From IMG/VR virus record IMGVR_UViG_2061766007_000015, positions 1-64,000 of that record: DNA of 64,000 nucleotides. One strand, given 5' to 3'. The notes below the pieces were generated by a model that did no database searches, was not told the origin of the DNA, and saw only the letters and a list, made by a program, of their open reading frames with translations. Made by a program: the position numbers and the translations under genes. The DNA comes from a virus. Its lineage: Duplodnaviria; Caudoviricetes. Shown piece after piece: positions 1-7,854 of the stretch (the stretch's first letter is position 1; every line of letters begins with the position of its first letter).

Positions 1-768
1 CCTCCCCGGCTGGTACCCACCGTGTTTCTTCTTATATATAATATGGCGGGTACCCACCTGATTCTGCTAAGGTGCCGGCAGCATAATCAATCTTCCTCTC
101 CGGCGAGAGCGGTCAAGGTTGTATGTATATATAAGGCCCTAACCAGGAGTAGGCGAAGCCTTAGGTGAAACCTAAATAAGAGAGAGATGGGCATGTAGGA
201 AGAGGATTGGTCTTTTATCAGTATATTATATCCTATATATAGGAGAAATACACACTCACTTTATGCCCATATTTTATGCCAAAATGCTTAGGAATCGCTC
301 AACCACGCGGGTTGGCACCCTCCCATTGGCTTTTCGGCCACATGCCAATTGGTCTTTTTTGGTACATGCCAACGTGCCCATTGGTCTTTTCGGGCACATG
401 CCCATCCTGAGTAGCAAAAGGCTCTGGCACCAGCCATACTGCTGTACGATATATCGTACACCTCTTGGTTGTATGCATACAACTTTGACCCTCTGGATTG
501 CACCAACCACGCGGGTTCCCAAGGTTCCAGTTAACAAGTTGTACGCATCTTCCCTTACCGTGATACAAGTTCAGATGTTCGGATGTTTGGCTATTGGCAT
601 GTGGCTAGGTACTGGGTGCTGATATGCTATCCTACTAGATTTATAACCTATCTATATGGTATCCTATATTATATATTCCTATATATATCTGGTATTGGCA
701 CATGGGCTTTTCACTTCTCCGCCTATTCTCCGCCTTTTGCGCGGAGCCAACCCATTCCTAGCATATGC
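1..768. other. Non-coding left terminal region (possible genome end / packaging or origin region)
   Basis: No ORF with SD or protein-like composition; AT dinucleotide runs, short direct repeats, two GGTACC-centred palindromes. Confidence 0.5.
325..403 (+). repeat. Three imperfect 23-24 nt direct repeats ATTGG(T)CTTTT(C/T)GG.(C/T)ACATGCC
   Basis: Units at 325-347, 348-371, 380-403. Confidence 0.75.
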
Positions 769-800
769 AAAAAACAGGAGCGAGATTTTACTCTCGCCCC
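769..800 (-). terminator. Intrinsic terminator
   Basis: GGGGCGAGA/TCTCGCTCC stem followed by TGTTTTTT on minus strand. Confidence 0.75.
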
Positions 801-831
801 TATCTTTGAAAGGATGACATATATGATGGAA

Positions 832-1479
832 TTATGCTGTCTTGGTTTTCTTTGCAGGCTTTTTCTCTGTCTTAGGCTTTTCTGCTACAGGCTTCTTTTC
901 TGCTTTAGCCTTTTCTTTCTCTGCCTGCTTCTGTGCCTTAGCCTGTGCTTTGGCTTCTTTTGCTTCTGCCGCCGCTTTCTCAGCCTGGGCTTTTGCTTCT
1001 GCCTTAGTCGCATTGAACTGGCTGTATGTATTTACCAGTATCTGCAATACCTTGATGGCATCTGCATGTGCCACACGGTAGTTGTAGTAACTTACCTTAC
1101 CACTACCCTTGGGCTTCTCTACCGCCTCACGGTTAATCATGGGGTTCGCGGGAATTAATGCATCGATATTCTTACCTACCACATAGATGATACCTGTACT
1201 GCTGATGTATGCCTGGAAGCAGTTCTTAGTTGTACCCTTACGGAAGATGTGGATGTAACGGTAGTCGTTCTCACCGGTGGCTCTAGGGCCTTCCTGCAAC
1301 TCTGTGTCAAATACCAAGTCCACTACGGGGCTGTCTTTGAACGCATCGATTACGGTAGTACCGAAATCCTTATTGCTGAACTTAGGGGTAGCAGGCTTCT
1401 TCTCTACGGGCTTCTTAGCCTCTGCCTTCTTCTCTGCTACGGGGTTAACGGGTGTCTGGTTGTTAGTTTTCTTACTCAT
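832..1479 (-). CDS. Lys/Ala-rich basic protein with central globular domain (histone H1-like tails)
   Basis: AAGGAGG SD before MSKKTNN; KPVAEK/KPAKK-type repeats at both ends. Confidence 0.8.
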   Translation of the reverse strand: MSKKTNNQTPVNPVAEKKAEAKKPVEKKPATPKFSNKDFGTTVIDAFKDSPVVDLVFDTELQEGPRATGENDYRYIHIFRKGTTKNCFQAYISSTGIIYVVGKNIDALIPANPMINREAVEKPKGSGKVSYYNYRVAHADAIKVLQILVNTYSQFNATKAEAKAQAEKAAAEAKEAKAQAKAQKQAEKEKAKAEKKPVAEKPKTEKKPAKKTKTA

Positions 1480-1548
1480 TATAGTTTCCTCCTTGAGTGT
1501 GGGGAGCACGGCGATAGAGTCGCTTGCTCGTTGTTTTATTGTAATTAC

Positions 1549-1583
1549 ATTATAGCATCCTGTTGAACATTATACAACAGGCA
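1549..1583 (-). promoter_or_regulatory. Class I sigmaA-like promoter
   Basis: TGCCTG-TTGTAT-17-TATAAT with TGn. Confidence 0.85.
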
Positions 1584-1653
1584 TCTCTCAATGCCCACAT
1601 CCTATCCCCGCTGGTCTCACCGGTGCGACACACGGGTGCCCGCCTACACAGAC

Positions 1654-1682
1654 AAAAAAGAAAAGGGATACCTTAGTATCCC
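1654..1682 (-). terminator. Intrinsic terminator
   Basis: GGGATAC/GTATCCC stem + T tract. Confidence 0.75.
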
Positions 1683-2170
1683 AAAGCCTTGAAGTCTACA
1701 AGGTCGCCAAGATATATCTTGGACTCTCTGCGCTCTTTGGCCTTCTTCATCTGGCGCTCTCTCTGCTCCTGCTTACGCATTTCCCTTCCAGCGAGTGTTA
1801 CCTGATGGCTCTCTGCATAACGCTCACGGAGAATACGATTTACTCCCGCAAGTGTGCTGGCTATAGGGTCACCATCATAGTCGTTCATGTAGTAACCGGG
1901 AACAGCACATGCCATCCACTCTTCCTGACCCTTTGGAGCGTTGAGTCTCACAACACAACCTATCCACAGAACGTTGCCATTTTCATTGTAGCAGTCTGGC
2001 TGACTGTCCATGAACTTCATTACGGCTTCGTCAAGCGTGGTAGCCTGGACAGTAACATCTTCATGCTCTGCCACTCTGTCATAGTTGGGATAGTTATGCT
2101 TTTCATCCCAGTCAAAGAAAGAGATGGCATTGTCATTGTAGTAAGCGGAACGGATGTTGTAAGTTTTCAT
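1673..2170 (-). CDS. Hypothetical protein
   Basis: 165 aa ORF, AAGGAG SD, own promoter and terminator. Confidence 0.8.
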   Translation of the reverse strand: MKTYNIRSAYYNDNAISFFDWDEKHNYPNYDRVAEHEDVTVQATTLDEAVMKFMDSQPDCYNENGNVLWIGCVVRLNAPKGQEEWMACAVPGYYMNDYDGDPIASTLAGVNRILRERYAESHQVTLAGREMRKQEQRERQMKKAKERRESKIYLGDLVDFKALGY

Positions 2171-2218
2171 GGTTTTAGTCTCCTTTCAAGACGGTGCGTG
2201 TTTTCTTTATCTAAGAAC

Positions 2219-2253
2219 ATCTTAACATCCATACAAACATTATACAACAGGCA
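2219..2253 (-). promoter_or_regulatory. Class I promoter
   Basis: TTGTAT-17-TAAGAT. Confidence 0.8.
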
Positions 2254-2281
2254 TTTCATCATCCCGTTTTCTGTTGTCATC

Positions 2282-2295
2282 GGTAGGTACCAGCC
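2282..2295. promoter_or_regulatory. Imperfect palindrome GGTAGGTACCAGCC (candidate operator)
   Basis: Recurs at 8-21, 3332-3345, 5927-5940, 7083-7096. Confidence 0.6.
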
Positions 2296-2306
2296 GTATT
2301 CTATCT

Positions 2307-2339
2307 AAAAAGGAAAGGCAGATTACTCTGCCTCTTCCT
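2307..2339 (-). terminator. Intrinsic terminator
   Basis: GGCAGA-GTAA-TCTGCC core stem + TTTCCTTTTT. Confidence 0.75.
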
Positions 2340-2448
2340 CTGTTTCTGCATAGTACCTATCTTCTAAGTCCATATAGTCCTCATCCGATAAGCCACTAGG
2401 GTCAAACCCCATATAGTATGTTTTATCTAACCATTCACGGAATGTCAT
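2323..2448 (-). CDS. Small highly acidic protein (41 aa)
   Basis: Hand-translated MTFREWLDKTYYMGFDPSGLSDEDYMDLEDRYYAETEEEAE; start overlaps upstream stop. Confidence 0.65.
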   Translation of the reverse strand: MTFREWLDKTYYMGFDPSGLSDEDYMDLEDRYYAETEEEAE

Positions 2449-2657
2449 TACTTCACCCCCACGATATATCCGTTCTGGACTTTGCACTCAGCATACCATC
2501 TGTGAGGCTCAGGATAATGCGGGCCTTCTACGCAGATAGTGCCATCTGTGGGTTCATTTCCACCGAATGGACCGGGCTGATAATAGGTAATCTTCTGTCC
2601 AGCGGCTACGGCTTCTTTAAGTGCCTTCTTAGTTTTAAAATTGATTGTGGTATACAT
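2448..2657 (-). CDS. Small phage hypothetical protein
   Basis: SD AAGGAG before MYTTINFK; GPHYPEPHRWY segment. Confidence 0.8.
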   Translation of the reverse strand: MYTTINFKTKKALKEAVAAGQKITYYQPGPFGGNEPTDGTICVEGPHYPEPHRWYAECKVQNGYIVGVK

Positions 2658-2675
2658 TAGTAATCTCCTTTCCAT

Positions 2676-2900
2676 TTAACCAAAATTATGCATCATATGT
2701 TCTTTAATATCCAACAATTGTTTGCTCCACTCTTCACATTCAGCCTGCACTTCTTTTAATGTGCCTAAGCCCTTTTCCCAACAACAACCGTCGGCTGAAT
2801 AGATTTTATAGGCTTTTATATATCGATGCTTAAGTGGATTGTAGTAGCCATCATCGGCTATCTTTATACCATACTTTAACTCTAATGCCTGCTTAGTCAT
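2676..2900 (-). CDS. Hypothetical protein
   Basis: 74 aa ORF coupled to upstream gene. Confidence 0.75.
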   Translation of the reverse strand: MTKQALELKYGIKIADDGYYNPLKHRYIKAYKIYSADGCCWEKGLGTLKEVQAECEEWSKQLLDIKEHMMHNFG

Positions 2901-3130
2901 CAGAACTCCTCCTCTTCCAAGAAATCATCGTAGTCATCAAAGCCGTTCCATGCATCATCGAACAGTACATCCAAGTCACTGTTAATTACCATAGCGGGTA
3001 CTGAGTCTCCATCGTTCTCTGACTCTACCAGATACAGTGTTTCGCCATCGTAATCTCTCTCATCGATTACATACCATCTACCATATCTTCCCTCAATTCT
3101 GATTCCCTCTCTTCTGGCTATTGTGCTCAT
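2900..3130 (-). CDS. Acidic hypothetical protein
   Basis: GGAGG SD before MSTIARR; acidic C-terminus FDDYDDFLEEEEF. Confidence 0.8.
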   Translation of the reverse strand: MSTIARREGIRIEGRYGRWYVIDERDYDGETLYLVESENDGDSVPAMVINSDLDVLFDDAWNGFDDYDDFLEEEEF

Positions 3131-3259
3131 TTTGTCATCCTCCAATTAGTTTTTATAGGGTTTATAGTTTCCATAGAGTCTTGCTACTTTTCAATGCCCC
3201 TCAGATTGTATCAACCGTCGGAACATTTACTTGCTTCGCTTAGTTCTCTATCTGTATAC

Positions 3260-3294
3260 AGCATAGCATCCTTGATAACATTATACAACAGGCA
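3260..3294 (-). promoter_or_regulatory. Class I promoter
   Basis: TTGTAT-17-TATGCT. Confidence 0.8.
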
Positions 3295-3331
3295 GTTTAT
3301 GATATTTCTCAGGCCTTGCTATATCTACCTC

Positions 3332-3345
3332 GGCTGGTACCTACC
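3332..3345. promoter_or_regulatory. GGTACC-centred palindrome (opposite orientation)
   Basis: GGCTGGTACCTACC. Confidence 0.6.
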
Positions 3346-3362
3346 TAGCACAGCAGTAAATG

Positions 3363-3385
3363 AAAAAGCAGGCGCAAGGCCTGCT
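3363..3385 (-). terminator. Intrinsic terminator
   Basis: AGCAGGC/GCCTGCT + TTTT. Confidence 0.75.
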
Positions 3386-3569
3386 AATTCACTCTTTTAA
3401 GATTAGCCCGTGTTTCATTATACCATTCCGTGAAACTATTATACCCGCCTAAACAAGGGTCTGAGGCATAATTCTCATTCCAATATTCAATTAGGTCTCT
3501 GTCTGATATTAAATCTCCTGGTACTCCAAATAGTCCTCGCTCATCAATATAATACCAAATCTCCGACAA
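3384..3569 (-). CDS. Hypothetical protein (TTG start)
   Basis: GAGGT SD before TTG of SEIWYYIDE. Confidence 0.65.
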   Translation of the reverse strand: MSEIWYYIDERGLFGVPGDLISDRDLIEYWNENYASDPCLGGYNSFTEWYNETRANLKRVN

Positions 3570-3573
3570 TCGC

Positions 3574-3870
3574 TTATACCTCCGTGTCCACTTTGTAAGT
3601 ATTGCGACTTGTTTCCACTCTGATAATTTTGTGGCCAGTCTCAGGGTCAATGTATGCCCAGCCTACTGTGAAGTTCTGGTCATTGAACGAACAGATGTGG
3701 AAGTTGCTTGCCTCGTTATCTTCATCATACCAACGCTGACAGTCATTCCATGCTCCACGCTTTGAGGAACTATATCTACCATAAACATCATCGAGATAAT
3801 AGCCAGCGTACCTGTTGTACATGTCAATAACTCTCTGTCCTTTTGCTGTGCTAGCTTTAATATATGCCAT
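3574..3870 (-). CDS. Hypothetical protein
   Basis: 98 aa, GAGGAGG SD. Confidence 0.8.
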   Translation of the reverse strand: MAYIKASTAKGQRVIDMYNRYAGYYLDDVYGRYSSSKRGAWNDCQRWYDEDNEASNFHICSFNDQNFTVGWAYIDPETGHKIIRVETSRNTYKVDTEV

Positions 3871-3892
3871 ATTAGCCTCCTCGTATCACGTT

Positions 3893-4051
3893 TTAGTCGG
3901 CGTAAAATGCCTGCTTGCAGTGCTTCTTGTATCCTTCTTCTATAGTACCAAGTAACCTTCTATCTCCCTTATGCTGGCGATAGTATGCCTTTGCCTCAGT
4001 TGTATTCATACCGAATGTCCATTGAATGGCATCTAATAGTCTCTGGCTCAT
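3893..4051 (-). CDS. Small hypothetical protein (52 aa)
   Basis: Hand-translated MSQRLLDAIQWTFG...; AGGAGG SD. Confidence 0.7.
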   Translation of the reverse strand: MSQRLLDAIQWTFGMNTTEAKAYYRQHKGDRRLLGTIEEGYKKHCKQAFYAD

Positions 4052-4062
4052 TTATGCACCTC

Positions 4063-4695
4063 CTACAGTTCCTTGTACTCGTTGAAGAGTTCAGCCACAT
4101 CCGGGAACAGTTCTGCATATTTCTGGTAGGTCTGCATCTCGCTCTTGGATGCGATGATAGCGTCCATCTTCTTACGAAGTTCAGCCTTCTTCTCTCGATT
4201 AGCCACCCTTGCATCATATGCTGTAGTATCCACAACTGATACTACCTCACCGGCAACGATAGCGGTATAATCAGCGTTATCATAAACACCTTTTACCTCG
4301 AGTAAAACCAAGCCTCGGGTCTTAATCTGGCCCACTATAAGTTTGTTCTGCAGGTCCTCTGTTGCGGCGTTATCATAGTCGTACAATGCTAACCTAAACA
4401 ATCTAGAACCTCCTACTTCCTGTGCCATTACTGTCTTCTTGAATAATTCCATTTCTTTGTCCTCCTGATTGTTGTTTATTGTAGATGTTGCTACCTGTAC
4501 TGGTGATAAATACTGATGTTTGTAGGTACTACGTTCCCATGGGTCATTGGGAAGTTCTACTTCGTAAACGTATCCATATGCGTTTTTCCTAACCTTCTTG
4601 ATTCTCATTATCTTGCCAGCATACTTATAGTCCGTATTAGGGTCAACTAACACTAAATCGCCTATTTGGTATGCATACATGCTTGTTGTAATCAT
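4063..4695 (-). CDS. Hypothetical protein (N-terminal SH3/KOW-like segment)
   Basis: 210 aa; YQIGDLVLV...GKIMRI pattern. Confidence 0.75.
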   Translation of the reverse strand: MITTSMYAYQIGDLVLVDPNTDYKYAGKIMRIKKVRKNAYGYVYEVELPNDPWERSTYKHQYLSPVQVATSTINNNQEDKEMELFKKTVMAQEVGGSRLFRLALYDYDNAATEDLQNKLIVGQIKTRGLVLLEVKGVYDNADYTAIVAGEVVSVVDTTAYDARVANREKKAELRKKMDAIIASKSEMQTYQKYAELFPDVAELFNEYKEL

Positions 4696-4949
4696 TCAAA
4701 CACCTCCTGTATAAGTTTTAATCTCTCCCACACTCCATGACCTCTGTTGCCATTAACGAAAGAATCATCTGCGTAAAACTCCTCTTCGGTATAGTAGAAC
4801 GCACAGTTAAGGGTATTCTCAGCCTTGTCGGGATGTGCGAGTCTGAAAACTGCGATGGCTGTTTTCATGTCAGGCGCTTCTACTTCTGTCCACCCACCTT
4901 TGAATGGATAACTCTCTGATGTTCCGTAAGTAAAATAAAATTTAGGCAT
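4692..4949 (-). CDS. Hypothetical protein
   Basis: 85 aa, AAGGAG SD. Confidence 0.8.
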   Translation of the reverse strand: MPKFYFTYGTSESYPFKGGWTEVEAPDMKTAIAVFRLAHPDKAENTLNCAFYYTEEEFYADDSFVNGNRGHGVWERLKLIQEVFE

Positions 4950-4994
4950 ATGTGTCTCCTTTCATAAAACACGTTAACTATTGTTTATACTCTA

Positions 4995-5029
4995 AGTATA
5001 AGCGCCTATTACAATATATGCAACAGGCA
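4995..5029 (-). promoter_or_regulatory. Class I-like promoter
   Basis: TGCCTG-TTGCAT-17-TATACT. Confidence 0.8.
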
Positions 5030-5041
5030 CTATACTATACC

Positions 5042-5575
5042 CTAGTAGTTATCGAGTCTTATTAGTGTGGAATAGTCACCGGTAAATAAACTACTGCCCA
5101 TCTGTAACCAATCCATGTCCTTTGTACGCTTATTCGCGCCACGGTCCCACGAATCAAATCGTCTTAATCCCCGTGGTGTAAGTTTTTTCACCTCACAAAA
5201 GTTGTTACCGTCATGGTGACTACAGCGCACATACAGATGTCCCTTATCTGAATATACCTTAAAGTAATCACAATCTTTACCAAAATCTGCTATGAATCTA
5301 CGCCAATCGGGATAAGTCTCGTATCCGTAATTTGTACCATTCCAGCTACCTACACTGCCTTTGACAATGATATTATCGCCATCAAGGATACTATCAATAC
5401 GGGTTTCTAAATCATCCCAATCTTCCTGTGCGTACTCATAGGCTACGTCTCTTACATCCAGTTCGTCCGGGGTAACTGAGCCATCTTCTGAAAGTGATTC
5501 TCTGGCTATCTCTTCATAGCCGTCCATATCATAGTTATCGAAGTATACTATCTCCTTCTGCTTGGGCTTAGGCAT
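5042..5575 (-). CDS. Hypothetical protein (acidic N-half)
   Basis: 177 aa ORF with SD. Confidence 0.8.
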   Translation of the reverse strand: MPKPKQKEIVYFDNYDMDGYEEIARESLSEDGSVTPDELDVRDVAYEYAQEDWDDLETRIDSILDGDNIIVKGSVGSWNGTNYGYETYPDWRRFIADFGKDCDYFKVYSDKGHLYVRCSHHDGNNFCEVKKLTPRGLRRFDSWDRGANKRTKDMDWLQMGSSLFTGDYSTLIRLDNY

Positions 5576-5577
5576 AA

Positions 5578-5817
5578 TTAGTCCCCCTTCTTCAACAACT
5601 CATTGTAAAACTTCTCCAACTTAGCAAAATCGCTGGCGCTGAGACCAAACACCTCGAAATACCCATAGTGGTAACAAATATCAATGGACAATCCATCTTC
5701 ATCGTAGATATTGTCCATCGGGTCGCCCACGACATTTCTGGAATCAAATATGCCGTATCTAGCATCGTCCAAATTTTCCTCGATTACCTGTTTCGCTCTT
5801 TCTAACTTGTTTTCCAT
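5578..5817 (-). CDS. Hypothetical protein
   Basis: AAGGAG SD before MENKLE. Confidence 0.8.
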   Translation of the reverse strand: MENKLERAKQVIEENLDDARYGIFDSRNVVGDPMDNIYDEDGLSIDICYHYGYFEVFGLSASDFAKLEKFYNELLKKGD

Positions 5818-5863
5818 TTTTGTATCTCCTTTCAAGAAACTTTTGTTTTATCGTTACAAGTAC

Positions 5864-5898
5864 ATTGTAGCAACCAAATAAACATTATACAACAGGCA
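5864..5898 (-). promoter_or_regulatory. Class I promoter
   Basis: TTGTAT-17-TACAAT. Confidence 0.85.
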
Positions 5899-5926
5899 GT
5901 TAGTGTGACCCGCTTGGCATCACATT

Positions 5927-5940
5927 GGTAGGTACCAGCC
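5927..5940. promoter_or_regulatory. GGTACC-centred palindrome
   Basis: GGTAGGTACCAGCC. Confidence 0.6.
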
Positions 5941-5952
5941 TGTACTCAGAGC

Positions 5953-5979
5953 AAAAAAGATAGGCAGATTTCTCTGCCC
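5953..5979 (-). terminator. Intrinsic terminator
   Basis: GGCAGA/TCTGCC + ATCTTTTTT. Confidence 0.7.
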
Positions 5980-5991
5980 ATCTTCTCTGCC

Positions 5992-6207
5992 TTATTCTGC
6001 CGACTTATCGAACAGTTCGCGCATTATGGCTGGTACAATCATCATACTGGTCAGCATAAACATCATTCCCGCATCAGCAGGAGCATTGGGGTCCGACTTT
6101 AAATCGGATACGATGTTCTGAACTGCCTCTGAGCTTGCCTGCGCAAACTGCTCCTTTGTAATTGTGATTGTGTCGCTTGCCTGGGTTGTTGTAGTTTTTC
6201 TAGGCAT
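5992..6207 (-). CDS. Small hypothetical protein
   Basis: AAGGAGG SD before MPRKTTTTQ. Confidence 0.75.
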   Translation of the reverse strand: MPRKTTTTQASDTITITKEQFAQASSEAVQNIVSDLKSDPNAPADAGMMFMLTSMMIVPAIMRELFDKSAE

Positions 6208-6208
6208 A

Positions 6209-6502
6209 TTAATTTTCCTCCTTATTATCATCCCACTTCCACTCAAAGTGTCCTTTGTCATAGAAGTAAGGCTGTTTATCGATTTCAAACTTACTGGATA
6301 CTGGAAATGCCACACAGCCGTTGACTGTCAAGCCAAACGCTACCTCTCTGGCATAGTCTAAATCCATCAAATAGGGCGCTTCTTTTTCATCCCAAAACGC
6401 GGTCTTGCGTTCACCGAATCCAGTAACGAATTTGGGGCCCTCAGAGGTTAACACTAAGATGTAATTGTAACTTTTAGGTTGTTTAGATTTTTTAGTTGCC
6501 AT
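6209..6502 (-). CDS. Hypothetical protein
   Basis: 97 aa, AAGGAG SD. Confidence 0.8.
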   Translation of the reverse strand: MATKKSKQPKSYNYILVLTSEGPKFVTGFGERKTAFWDEKEAPYLMDLDYAREVAFGLTVNGCVAFPVSSKFEIDKQPYFYDKGHFEWKWDDNKEEN

Positions 6503-6541
6503 AATATTGCTCCTTTCAAGTGCGCTTCTTATTGTACTTAC

Positions 6542-6576
6542 AGTATATCAAGCCAATAAACATTATACAACTGGCA
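6542..6576 (-). promoter_or_regulatory. Class I promoter
   Basis: TTGTAT-17-TATACT. Confidence 0.8.
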
Positions 6577-6577
6577 T

Positions 6578-6697
6578 CTATTCGTTTTCTTCATCCTCCT
6601 TGCTGTTCTTAATATCCTGAATAATCTCGTCTACCACTCTGAAAGAGAATAGGGTAAAAAATATCAGCAATGCTACTCCAAATACCACGAATTTCAT
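6578..6697 (-). CDS. Small membrane peptide (39 aa)
   Basis: Hand-translated MKFVVFGVALLIFFTLFSFRVVDEII...; ATGA overlap. Confidence 0.6.
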   Translation of the reverse strand: MKFVVFGVALLIFFTLFSFRVVDEIIQDIKNSKEDEENE

Positions 6698-6987
6698 TCT
6701 TCTTTCTCCTCCAATTCATACCAGCCTTCTTCAACTCTCGCAGTGCAACCTGTAAGGGTATCGTCTGTCTTAGGTCCGTAGCAACACCAATCCATAGCGA
6801 AACTTAAATCAGTACCATTGGCTTTATAATGCTCCAGCACAATGTCATAGACTGCCTTAGACACGTATACCTTATTAGGCTCATACATTCTTACGTCCTC
6901 ATCGGACACACCAGTCAGTCGGGCAATCTCTTTATATATTGAGATGACGCCGCTGATGTTTTCGGGATTAAGTTTTACAATTTCCAT
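6694..6987 (-). CDS. Hypothetical protein
   Basis: 97 aa, AAGGAG SD. Confidence 0.8.
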   Translation of the reverse strand: MEIVKLNPENISGVISIYKEIARLTGVSDEDVRMYEPNKVYVSKAVYDIVLEHYKANGTDLSFAMDWCCYGPKTDDTLTGCTARVEEGWYELEEKEE

Positions 6988-7019
6988 ATTGAATACTCCT
7001 TTCGTGTTCTTGTGATTTT

Positions 7020-7054
7020 ATCGTAGCACACATCTAAACATTATACAACAGGCG
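7020..7054 (-). promoter_or_regulatory. Class I promoter
   Basis: TTGTAT-17-TACGAT. Confidence 0.8.
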
Positions 7055-7082
7055 CTATTCGACCGCTCAAATTTGAGCACTC

Positions 7083-7096
7083 GGCTGGTACCTGCC
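7083..7096. promoter_or_regulatory. GGTACC-centred palindrome
   Basis: GGCTGGTACCTGCC. Confidence 0.55.
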
Positions 7097-7111
7097 AGTA
7101 TCTGAGCACAG

Positions 7112-7147
7112 AAAAACAGCAGAGCCAAGGGGAACTGAACTCTGCTG
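7112..7147 (-). terminator. Intrinsic terminator
   Basis: CAGCAGAG/CTCTGCTG + TTTTT. Confidence 0.7.
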
Positions 7148-7212
7148 TCTTCCATAGAGGGGGTTGGGGGTGTTTGGAATATTGTTACCTGTATATTATA
7201 TCACAGGATAAC

Positions 7213-7755
7213 TTACTTTTCAACATAGTCTGAGTGGCACAGGTCTAATATCTTCTGCCAATCGGCTTTATCAATAGGTGTGTACAACCAAGCATGACCA
7301 TACTTATACATGCCATTGTACTCAAGCCCATGATATTCTACTTCATATAGGCCTATGGATTCAAGATATCTGCAGGCACTACTATAATCATACTTATTGC
7401 CTGCTTCTTTCCACTCTTTTATTGCGGCCTCTTGCTCAGGTGTACCGGCGGTTAAGTCGTTAAGATGGTATTTCTTCCACATATCATATATGGTATCAAA
7501 GACGTATCGGTCTCGTGCATCATAGTTAAATCTATCCCTATACTCATTTATGATTTCAAGACATTGACCACAGCATACACAACCGCTTGACCAGTTATTC
7601 AGAATCTTTCCACTAGCACTAAAAGTGGGTCTGTCAAATGTATCTACACCAAGTGTAACTTCAAGTTCTACTCCGTTACTCCTTCTACCCGGTGTGCGGT
7701 AATCTATCTTATTGCTTAACCTGAACTTGTATTTCTCTTCCTTAACTCTAGCCAT
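7213..7755 (-). CDS. Phage hypothetical protein
   Basis: 180 aa; CVCCGQC and HLNDL..G motifs. Confidence 0.8.
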   Translation of the reverse strand: MARVKEEKYKFRLSNKIDYRTPGRRSNGVELEVTLGVDTFDRPTFSASGKILNNWSSGCVCCGQCLEIINEYRDRFNYDARDRYVFDTIYDMWKKYHLNDLTAGTPEQEAAIKEWKEAGNKYDYSSACRYLESIGLYEVEYHGLEYNGMYKYGHAWLYTPIDKADWQKILDLCHSDYVEK

Positions 7756-7787
7756 ATGTTGCTCCTTTCTGTCTCATTGACAAGTCA

Positions 7788-7822
7788 ATCTTAACATACC
7801 AAGAAACATTATACAACAGGCA
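7788..7822 (-). promoter_or_regulatory. Class I promoter
   Basis: TTGTAT-17-TAAGAT. Confidence 0.8.
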
Positions 7823-7854
7823 TATACACGCGCGTATTATATTAATGAAGCAAC

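Noticed and set aside
325-403. Mini-CRISPR at the left end
   Set aside because: Repeats are adjacent, with 0-8 nt spacers, and imperfect
1566-7817. Repeated 13-18 nt motif as a CRISPR array
   Set aside because: Spacing is hundreds of bp to kb with genes in between; the motif fits promoter geometry
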